Source: Thalia democratica
Lineage: Eukaryota
DNA: 64,000 bases
Reading direction: 5' to 3'
Assembly (NCBI GenBank): GCA_965202585.1
Contig: OZ241831.1
Span: 15,624,001 to 15,688,000 of the forward strand
Part shown: positions 24,601 to 36,600 of the stretch, one piece after another
Layout of the letters: every line of letters begins with the position of its first letter
How positions within the stretch are numbered: position 1 is the first letter of the stretch
The notes under the pieces: generated by a model
Seen by the model: only the letters and a program-made list of their open reading frames with translations
Told to the model about the DNA's origin: nothing
Database searches by the model: none
Translations under genes and position numbers: made by a program

Positions 24601-27600
24601 CAATTTTACTATTCAAAAGTCTTTGTTACACAGGTTTTAACAGTAAGCATATATTAGTTGATAAGGCAATTTTATAAAGAATGTAACAGAAAACTTGCAT
24701 TTTTACATGCTCAAAGTTTTCAAACATATTCCAGTAAAAAAAACACTAGCATGTTTTATATGCTCGCGTTTAGTACAGCCCTTCCTCACAAATAACTAAG
24801 CGAGCGACACTTTATTAGCTGAGCTGAATTTCAGGTTTTCTATTGCAGATCGTGATGCTGATAGAAAGATTATTGTTATTAAAATTCACCTTGAAAATAC
24901 CTCGCTTCAGTGTTTAATAACTAAATAATTGATCGATTAATCTGGTGAGATATTTCTGTGTGAAAGATTTCTTGGTGTTAATGATTTTTGTGCTGTACAT
25001 GTAAACTTGTATATTGAAGTTTGTTAGAAATAGTTCACACTAATTAGTAATTTAGACTATTTTCTCTTACTAGTTATTTTTTGAGTTTGTATCAACACGT
25101 TATACTTGTACGGTTTTTTAATCAGTTTAATAATAATTTATCGGTTTACAAATGCTTTTCAACATAAACTTCACAATTTAAAAAGTCTAAGTTATAAATT
25201 AAAAAAATATTAATGAACACAAACCAAACTTATACACTCACCCAATTAAGTTTATACGCTCACCCGATTTAACTTCCACCCTGACAACCAACTAATTTCA
25301 CCCTGGCAACCAACAAATTTGCAGGGTTCACCGGGGAGACGTGCGAGGTGAACATCGACGACTGCGCCTCCACCCCGTGCCACAACCACGTCAGGTGCAT
25401 CGACGGGGAGGACGACTACCTGTGCGAGTGCAAGCCGGGGTTCACGGGGAGAAACTGCGGGACCGACATTGACGACTGCTCCCCCCAGCCCTGCCACTAC
25501 GGCAACTGCACGGACGCCGTCAACGAGTTTGTTTGCATTTTGAACTTTTTAAAGTTTTCAACTTTTTCATGAGACGTGATGTTTCTCTTTAATGCATAAT
25601 TTTTTCATTTTTTGTACAATTTTTGTCAGATTTCAATGCACAGATTTTCACAAACTAAGCTAAAGTAAATTAATTTGTGTTTTTTTTGTTATCAGTAAAA
25701 TATAATATTATAAATATATTCGCTTTAAAGCTTACTTATTTGTGAAAACAGTGTCTTTGTAAAGGCTTTTACAAAAAGTATCGGTAATTAAACGTTGAAA
25801 CTCAACAAAATTAGTAGCACATTTGTGCTGCGACAATAAAGTTTAAATTGACTATATTAACTCTTGAGCTATTTTTACTGCCAATTTTTCTGCTGCTTAA
25901 ACTCTGCATGTGGTCGTTAAACGCTCGAAATTTTTACGACTCGAAATAGCAAACAATATGTGCTTGCTTTTGAGCAAGTTTTTATAGCTTCAATGTGCTG
26001 CTTTCACTTTAGAATACCAAGTTTTTTATAGTCTGCTTTTCTAAAATTGCTACAATGAATACACTTTTAACAATACTCTCGTGCGAACTTCTCAAAACTT
26101 TATAGACTCTTTTATTTGAGCTGTCGAGCTGAGATACTTTGCTAAAAATATCTATTAAAAAAAAAAAAAATTTTTTGAGCATTTTACTTATAAAACTCTG
26201 AACGTTGTTCTGTTAACAAGATATTTTAATAAACAGCACAAAAAAAAAAGAGAATTTTTTAAAAAGTTCTAAAATTTTTAAATATAAATTTAAACTTTAA
26301 GTATAATGCCTTTTACGAAATCAAATTCGCTCCAAAAAACTAAACCAACGTTTTCACAGTTTCATGTGCACGTGCGAGCCGGGATACACGGGAAGATACT
26401 GCGAAAGCGAGATCAACGAGTGCCAGTCGAACCCGTGCCACAACGGCGGAAGGTGCATCGACGGCAAGAACTCCTTCACCTGCGACTGCCCGGCCGGCAC
26501 CAAAGGAGACAGGTTTGTGTGTGAAATCTGATTAGCATTTTTACGTGGGTGCTGCCACTCGCGCTTTGAGTGGCTAACATGATTATAATAAAAAGTATAA
26601 TAAGGCGCCAAATGAAGCGCTTGTTAAAGACACTTGTGTATTAATTTCAATTTGGTCAATTTCGTTAATCCGTGATCGCGCTAAACCCCCTCGAATTAAT
26701 GGCATTTCCCAGTACAACACAACATGTAAATGCGATTAATCGCTTAAGAACCCTTTTGGGATTTTGTCACTTGGACGGCGGCCAATGAACAGTTGTGATG
26801 CACCGACAAACTATTTTCCCTTCAACTAGTTAACAAATATGTACGGCAATAGCATGTATTGCGGGCCTTATTGCGTGGGAAACGTGCGCGTTGGGCTTGA
26901 GAACTCGGCACAACAAAAACAAAGTGCTACTCACATGAACTGATTGAGTGCTGTGTGAATGCGTGATGGCAATGAAACAGTTGCTGATGCAGTCGGCTGC
27001 TGGTGGATATGCGCGCTGGCGATAACAAACCGAAATGCTCATTATTATTCATTACGCCTTCCACACACACATACAAGTAGAAAAAATAAAACAAAGGGGA
27101 GATTAAGGGAGATGATAATGGGTCGATATTCTCTGCGCTTCACCTATGAGATGATTAATGCAACGACAACCATGTTTATTTCCATTGCCCGTTTTATACT
27201 TGAGAGTATCCGATGATGAATAATAAAGCTTGTTTTGCTGTGAGATCCGATAAGACAGCTGCTTTGCGCGATCTTTTTAATTTAAATGTGTACTTTGAGC
27301 GGATTACTTAAATTTGTTTAGCTAAATTCAAATGTTACCTTTTTTTAAATGTTAAAATTAATACCGTTTGTAGATGTTCTGTTTTTAGTAAAAAATCATT
27401 TTAAACTTGTTTATTTATCATTTCAACCGGATGCGGCAACAATGTGATCGATTTTAACGCATTTTATTTTTTAGGTGTGAGATAAATATTGACGACTGCG
27501 TAGGAAGTCCTTGTCGAAACGGCGCCACTTGCTTGGACTTGCTCAACGACTTTTCATGCTCCTGTGTCAAGGGCTATGCGGGTGAGTGGTGAAAAAATAA

Positions 27601-30600
27601 TAACGAAAATTGTTTTAACGAATCATTATTAATTATGGTGTGTATATAAATTTTGCTAAAACCACATATTCTTTTCAAGTTCGATTTTTTTGTAGGTTCC
27701 TTGTGCGAGCACGAAATAGACGAATGCCAGTCGAGTCCTTGTGTTAACGGAGGAACTTGCATCGACGGTATCGGAGGGTTTACATGCCAGTGTCCCCCCG
27801 GTAATAATTTTTATAAAAGTCTAAAAAATAAAATTTGCATAAGTTATATACGTATAAACCATTGCTCAGTTTTTATTGACTTTAAAATGTTTAAATTGAG
27901 ATTTTCACTTTGGATAAAACTTATAAAACGATAAAGCTTACTTATGAACAAATTTACAAATATAAGCTTTGATTTCTAAATAACAAGAACACCTTTCATT
28001 AAAAAAAATAAGCTGAATTTTTTCACAGGAAATAATAAACTTTGATTGAAATACAAAAGTATATAATAAAAAGTTTTCGATTTTCAATGCTTTAGTCTTA
28101 CAAAAAATAAAAGTAAAAGTAAAACTATTACTATTAATAAGCTGAGTAGTAATATAGTTAAAGTTTGTTGCATTTAGTTAAACCACTTTGTGCAACATAA
28201 ATTTTACTTACGTAAAAATTTCTATTTTTATATCAGTCTTGATTGGCTATAAGTTAAGAAATAAATTAAGCCAACCTTAAAGACAAATAATTATTACAAA
28301 AAATGTAGCTTCGACTTTCTATTGCAACTCGCAGTTAACTAAATTGCGCCATAACCAGTTCTGTTGGGAAAAAACTCGCATTCTTTTGTTGCAAGTTACT
28401 GCAGCAAAATTAACAATTGCCGTTTAGTTGATTGCGGATCAGTTTACATTGGCGTCTTCCGCTGACTGCACACCTTTAGTTTCGAATTGCCGGTCACGAC
28501 AAAGGATGTGTAATTGGATATTTTCTCGTGCTTTGTGTGTTTTCAACACCGGCTTTGCTGGAAAAGAAAAATTAAAAAATATAAATATGAAGCCACAGCT
28601 GGCGCTTTAATAGTTTTCCTTTTATATTGTTTAGCTTGCCTTTTCTTAGAAGTCTACATGGGTTTTAGTGTTGTATAAAAAAGATGTTTTCTTTAATCTG
28701 ATTTGTTTCCCTTTTTACTTGTTTATAAACTAATTCAAAAAACTTTGCAACTTTTTATTGTTACTGCTAACTTTAACGACCGTTGATAAAATCAATCATA
28801 ATTTCGATTTAACGCGAAGTTCAAACGCCGTTAAACTCGCAGTAAAACCGCTCCACTACTTTGTTAAAGTCATGCATTTTTGTGTGCAAAAGGCAAGAAT
28901 TTTAATGCCCTGTTATTATAACTTTATGGTTGGTATTTAAATTTCTAGCTTGTTTGTGCGCTCTACGCGATTTGCCATTCTGTGATTTATAAGCCCGTTT
29001 TAGTGTTCACAGCGTGCGCAGTGCGTAGTAATTTCTAGTCAATGTTTAACTACTTTTTTCGTGCACATGCAAGTCTGCCCTATAAAACGTGTTTGCTTTG
29101 ACGGGAAGCTCGACGGAGTTCAAACAAGCTTTGTGACGTAATTTTTTAAACAAACAGGCTTCAAGGATTCCAGGTGCTACAGGGAAATAAACGAGTGCAA
29201 CAGCGACCCGTGCCAAAACGGCGGAATTTGTCACAACAAAGTGAACGAGTCAGTTTTAACTTTGTTGAATTGCGTGCAAAAGCTTGAACTGTTTAAATAG
29301 TACAAAATACAAATTTATTGTATTTTATAGAAAGGTTAGTTTGCGGTTGAGCTTTTTTAACCTTGCAAACATTTTTGAAACTAGCTTTGTTGATATTTTA
29401 GAATATTAATCTAAAATCTATAAAACAAATTAAAAAAAAAAGTTCAAACTTAAAAGAAAACACTTTTATTTTTTAATCTAGTTATTGTTTTTTTTTCCAA
29501 ATATCTAGTAACTCTCCGAACTACTAAACACACAACTCTTAAAAACAAAAATTTCATCCATACCCATTCTAAGACCATTTTAACAGTCTGTTAAACGACT
29601 TTCTATTCGCAGATATTCTTGCCAATGTCTGCCCGGCTTCCACGGACTGAATTGTGAGTACGACACTGACGAGTGCCGGTCCAATCCGTGCCACAACAAG
29701 GCCACCTGCGTGGACAAGGTGAACGGGTACGAGTGCCGGTGCCAGAACGGGTACCAAGGTGATTTTTCTTAAATTGAAATCCGCGTATGCTAAAACATGT
29801 GTAAAAATAGCAGTAGTTTTGTTTTCATCAAAGTTTGTTAAAAGGTTGACAAGTTTGTTTTTATACTGGTTACATGCTAAAAATGTTTTGGAAAATTTTT
29901 AATGTTTTTTTAAAGATTAAACAAAAATAAAACTTTACAAAACTTTTTCAATTAAACTAAAATGAGTGTTTTTAGAATTTCAAAAATAAATGTTATTTCT
30001 AAGCCAACTTTTTTCATGCTTGTTTTTTATTTTAATACAATTACACGAACCTTACAAACTTATAACAATGGGTTTAAAAATTTCAATAAAAAACAGGTAA
30101 AAACTGTCAAATACAAATAGACGAGTGTGAATCGAACCCGTGTTTAAATAATGGCAAATGCTACGACTACATCGGAAAGTACAAGTGCCAATGCCCACTA
30201 CAATATTCTGGTTTGTTTATCTTTAAAATAAAATATCTACATTTTATTTCTAGTTGTCAAAAACAATGTAATCCGCTCTTTAACAACTTCCAAACCCAAC
30301 AACATTTTCCTAGTGTAATTTGAAAACTTCTCTGTGTAGCTGCCAAACCACAAAAAATTGTATTAGTAATCAGAGGTGTAAACATTGGCTCAGGTATTGT
30401 GCTGAACAAAAGAAAAACATCCGTCTTAATGTGACACTCGGTCAATTTATCATTATAACACCGATCGTCTGCGCCAACTAAAACCATTGTTTTTGTTTTC
30501 ACCTTTTGTTGTTACTTTTCGTTATCGTTTAAATTAATTGACTGAAATAAGTTGTTGTTTTTTGTTTAGTAAACTGTGTACGGTTCCCAACAAAAGACCA

Positions 30601-33600
30601 ATCTCATCAAAATTTAGCTGTTTTGTTGTTAATTTTGCACGTCAATATTAACTGTTTATTGTTACCTGTCTCGCCTAGCAGTTTTATTTGTTTACCGAAA
30701 AAGCTAAAATGAAAATACACAAACAGCTTTTGTTTTGCATTTAGCTGTTTGTTGGCAAAACAATTTTTTATCTCATCTTAACTTGATTACACCGTTTGTT
30801 GATGTTTATTTGCTTTTTAATTACCCGTTTACAAAATTAAGATGCGCATAAGTATCGGAAATTTAAGAAATTCAAAGTTTGTTCGCAGTTAAGTCGGTGA
30901 TGCTTGGCAACCGCAGTCGGAGGAAATATTGCGGGCAGAATTATTGCGGTTGTCATGTAAACGGGGCGAAGCGTGTGAAAGTGGCGCGCTACAAATTAGA
31001 TTTCGCCGGAGGCCTTTCGTATGTCTGACCCATATTTAGGATGATTTTCCCACTTTGTAATTTTTTTGTTTTGTGTATTGAAGTAAAGTGCTTATTTAAA
31101 AAAAGGAAATACGTAATTTATTCTGTAAAACTTTTTTTATAATTTTTTTTTGGTCAATATTTTTTATATTTTGTATAACACTTTTTATTGTTTCTTAAAC
31201 AAAAAGTTTATCAAAATTCAAACTAAAAAATTGGACACTGTTTACAACAAGAGCGCTGAAACAAACTTGTTTTTAACACTTTACATTCACCAGGTGAACG
31301 GTGCGAGCACAGACTCACTCCATGCTACCCGAGTCCTTGTAGAAACTCAGCAGAGTGTCAAGTCACCAAGGACTATAAAGGCTTTATCTGCAAGTGCCTG
31401 CCTGGATACCAAGGTAAAAGTCAAGTTTCGTTGAACCATTAAGCTGTCATTTCAAACCTACTTACAGCTATTGGTTTTTTGCGCAATAAGTTTGCTCAAA
31501 TTTCATTGCTCGAGAGCGTGTTCTAACAAAAGCAACAAAAATACTCAAACATTTTTTTGACTACATTTAAAAAAATTAGGTTCAACTTGTAGCGAGGATA
31601 TAGATGAGTGTGGGAATTACCCTTGCATGAATGAGGGTCGTTGCATCAACCACCAGGGAGGGTACAAGTGCGACTGCAGACCCGGTTTCCAAGGCGACAG
31701 GTGCCAAATTGACGTTGATGAGTGCTTGTCAGGTTCGTATTCTAATACTACCACATATGAAACATTAAAGTTTAAAAATTAAAGAGTAGCAACAACTATT
31801 TTGATGCTTCATATACAAAGCCAGACAAAATACCGTCAACAGACCCGTGCATGAACGGAGGTAACTGCGTGGACGAGGAAAACACGTACAGGTGCGAGTG
31901 TAGGGCAGGGTACAGTGGTCAGAGATGCGAGTACGATGTGGACGAGTGTGCCAGTAACCCGTGCAGAAATGGGGCCAAGTGTACCAACTACCTCAACTCA
32001 TTCGTATGCACCTGCCCTGTAAGTTTTACCTTTTGATAAGTTTTGTTAAAGTCTAATTTACTGAACTAAAAAAATACTATTGTCCTACATCTGGTTTAAA
32101 ATCCTGTTATATTATTATAAAAAATGTTTGTTTGATTATTTAAACAGAAATGTTGAATACAAAAACATTAATACAAGCTTGTTGTGTTTTGAAGTTGCGC
32201 ATTTGAAATGTAAAATCACACAAACAAAGCAAGAAGAGGTGTTTCGATAGTGAAACAATTATTGGCTTATTTTTATAGTTTTTTAACTTTAATAATAGCT
32301 ATGTAATACTTTTATGTGAAATGGGCTTAAAACTAAAAATAAAACTAAAAAGTTTTCAATTTGAAAATTTACTTCTGACATAATTTAAATATTCAAATAA
32401 GTTTTATACTTACTATCAAAAAGATATAACAACACATATTTCATGAATAATTACTTAAGTACTTTTGACTAAGTCTTATTAAAACTGTATCTTAGCAAAC
32501 TTAACTGAAATTATATACTTTTTAGAATTACTCAAATAAAACTTTCTTGCTTATAAATTTAAAAGTTGCTACTTAATTCATTGGATTTTTACAAATTTAA
32601 GTTTATTTTTATATTATTAGTAAATTCATCATATAGTTTTCTTATAATTTTTTTTAAGCTACTTAAATGCTTTATGCACAAAATCACTGAAAAATGTTTA
32701 AATTTTCTAAATGCTATAACAAATTTTATGTAACGGAAGGAGTACTAAGCATCGAGTATTTATATATTTACTAAAATTAAGTTTTTAAAAACGTATTTAA
32801 TTGCAATAATTGGTTTCTTAGAACTTTTTTTCGTAAACTTTATTCTTAGTTTTGTTTACTTTGAACGAGAAAAAGTTTTTCTAATGTTGCAACGATTGTT
32901 ATTTGATCAACATTTATTTAGTATACTCAACTAAGAACTATAGTTTGTTTTTTTACTTTATTTATCTTTTTGAAATGAATACCGAATTAAGTTTTTACGG
33001 TTTTAGTCAGCTCTAAAAACTGCTAAGGATTTAATGAAAAACTAAGATTTCATGCTTTTAAGTAATTTTTTGAAAATTTTTGTAAAGGTAGAAAGTTAAA
33101 AAGTAGTTTGAACATTAATTAAAAATGCACATCTTTATAAGCGATTATTTTTAAGCATATTTATAAATAGCATTTCATGAAAAAGTGCAAACAAAGTATA
33201 TAATAAATTTTTTGAGCTCTTTTTTTGATTAATTTGTGTGTAAGTTATTTCAAGTGCGACTAATGTTTATTTCAAGATATTTAAAACTCAAGTATAAATA
33301 GCAAAATTGCACCTTTAAGCTTTTATAATAAATCGGTCATCATCACTACAAGGCACCTGCATCGATGAAAAAGTCACTTATCGCGTGCATAAGTGTTCCT
33401 TTAATAAAATATTTGCTTTTTGATAACGAAACGAATAAAAGGCCCATTGCAGCGTTTAGCTTGTCAACGGCAGTAACAATTTCGCGATAAAGCATATCAG
33501 TAATTGATTTTATCAAGTTAAATTGTAAGCTGCTGTAGCTAGTTTCAAAGAAAATTTGTCGTTAAACGCTTTTTTTAGTTTACTTTTGAATGTTTATTTA

Positions 33601-36600
33601 TGTGTAGCGGTTTTTAACTCTCTCAACTCTACATTAAGTAGTCAATGAAAAAATATTAAAAGGATTTTATACTTTGTTTTATAGTTTTAAACAGTTAAAG
33701 TAGTTTTAAAGACTTTCAAAGTATTTTAATAGCAGTATTAACATATTTAAAATTCAAAAACTTTTTAAACATAGTTTATACCTTTAAAAAAAATTTAATG
33801 TATTTTTTTTTTTAATTTTTTAGTAATTTGATAAGTTCAGCCTCTTATACACACAGTTATTTTTTAACAAAATGTTACAGCCTGGATACAAAGGACTGCA
33901 GTGCGAAATAAACATAGACGAGTGTAGCAGTGGTAGTTGCATAAATGGAGGCACATGTAGAGATGCCATAAACTCATTCACTTGCGAGTGTACTCCTGGT
34001 TTTAAAGGTTTGAACTTACAAAAAAAAATTTACAAAAGGTGCTAATTGCTTAGTGTACGTAAAAAATAGTATACATGTGTTCTATTTTGTATCTTTTTTA
34101 CCAACAATAGTGTCTATCAATACTAAACAAACTGTAATTGTGATTATAGTTTTTTAAATAAAAGTAAAATACATTGTTTTATTATAAAATAAATCAATGT
34201 TTGTGATAACTTAGTTTATAGCACCTGCATTTAAATAAGTTTCAGTTAAATAACTTGCACAAATTTATTACTAATAGTTTATAGTTACTTTTGGTCAAAA
34301 TCATGAGATTTTTTAGTTTATAACAATAAATGACTAACACTAAATATGAATCACAAAAACAAATAACTGCTAACTTAGCGTGAAAGGTTAGCATATTCCC
34401 TTATGGTTGTAAATTAATGTTTTGGCGGTAATCTATACTGTTGTGAATCATCAATTAACAATTTAATTGAAATTAAAGTTAGTCTAGTTTGTAAAACAAT
34501 TTAAGCATTTTAAAGTTCAGAAAGTTAGCAAACTCTAAATGTTTTATGATGATTTTATGCTACAGGAAAGCATTGCGAAATTGACGTTGACGAGTGTCTG
34601 TCAAACCCTTGCGAACACGGAGCGGAATGCGTGAACGGAAAAGATTCTTACAAATGCATTTGCCCTGCCGGTTACCAGGGCGAACGTTGCTCGGTCAGTT
34701 CACTTTCAGAATGTTTTTAATATCTGTGTTTAAAGTTTTTTCTTTTTTATTTTTATAATTTATTTTATCTATGTTTTAAAGTTTTCTATAGGAGCCTGTC
34801 AAAATTAGCTCAAAGTTTTGTTATATAGAGAATATGTATCAAATTTTAAATTCCTTAAATACATTTTTCAATACTGTACAAATTTTAGTCGTTGGTGAGT
34901 AGATGCGACAAAGATGACTCGCCTTGCATCAATGGAGGAAAATGCATACAGACCGGAACTGATTTCAAGTGTGCGTGTAATAACGGGTTTACCGGTCGAA
35001 TTTGTGACGTTCCCAACATTTCTTGTCAGTCCATGGCCGAAAAGAAAGGTAAACTGTTATGAGTAAAATATATTCCAATGATGTCAATCTTCAATACTTT
35101 ATTAGCTGCAAAAACTTGTCATTTAAAATTGTTCGTCAAAAATAGTTTTCTTAAAATAACAATATAACAAGTAAAACATAATGTTAAAAATTCAGATTAT
35201 TATATTTTTTGATTGTAGGGGTGGCAGTGTCGGATGTGTGCATGCACGGAGGAAGGTGCATCGATGAGAACCTCACTCACAAGTGCGAGTGCAGCAGAGA
35301 GTACGAAGGTGATTACTGCGAAGTTGATGTAGACGACTGTTACTCCAATCCGTGCAAGAACGGAGGTACCTGCAAGGATTATGTCGGAAGGTTGGTGAAA
35401 ATTTCATATCATTTGTTATAAAATTTGAAAAAAATATTATAAAAGCGTTTGAATATTGTTTTATTTAACTAAGCTAAAAAAAAATTGTTTGCAAAAAAAA
35501 AGTTAAACTGGGTTGTTAATGGGAAGATAAACACGAGTTTATCTTCCCATTAACAACTTAGTTGAAGTGTGTTGATTCGTTAACACACAGAAACATATGT
35601 TAGTACAATAAAGGAAGATTACTGTAATATTTGTTTTTAATTATATTCGGTGAATTTATTTCACAAGGATCTTTTGTTAGCAAACGATTAAACCTATATT
35701 TTGAACACTTATACTTTTAAATTAATAAAGTTACAAAAGTAATTTTTTACCAATTTATATTACAAAACTTAAAGCTCATAGACCTATTTGTTTATTTTTC
35801 TTAATATTGTCACTATATTTCAATAAAAGGAATTTTATCAATTAAGACATATTTTCCCGTGGGGTATAAAGCATTATAAAATATTACAACTACGTATTTA
35901 ACTATGCTATATTTGTTCTAACTTAAAAACTTGTATAACTATTATTTATAATTCCTGCGATAATTTTAAAGTTTACTTTTTTAAATATCATCTACTTTTT
36001 TTTAGAAGTAAATTAGAAATTTATCGACTTTAAGGCAACTAATGAAATATTGAAACTTGCTTTATAGCAAATATTTAAGATTTCATATAATTTATAATAA
36101 GCAATTTATAACCAAATTCATCTTAATACCTTGCGTTGATAAAAATCGATTTACGCTGGAAGCTTAACAAAAACGTTAACTGAAACAAAATCATAAACAC
36201 ATTCCTACATTTAGTTGATTTTGAAAAAATTCAAAAGAACCTATTAGAAACTAAAAAAAATCCCTGAACAAAAACTAAAATACACAAATTGCAGGTACAC
36301 ATGTCAGTGTGCGGCGGGATACACTGGTCCGACGTGCACCGTGGAAATTGACGAGTGTTCATCAAATCCGTGCCAGCATGGCGGATCGTGCGTTGATCTC
36401 GTTGATGATTTCTTCTGCGATTGTCCTCCCGGAACGCTCGGTTCGTTTTTGAATGAAACTTTACTAAAACAAAAATCAATCACGGTTTAAGATTGTTTAA
36501 ATGTAGTTTATAAAGGGAAGTTATATTATACATAATTTTGTAACTAAAATGCCGATAAAAGTTTTTAAGCTTAAGGTATAATCTTCATGATACAGTTTTT

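Noticed and set aside
25527-25545. Intron 12 start reads EFVC, mimicking the EGF continuation (alternative donor or duplication trace)
   Set aside because: Explained by the common GTTTGT donor; the spliced phase-2 junction gives a complete EGF and read-through hits a stop.
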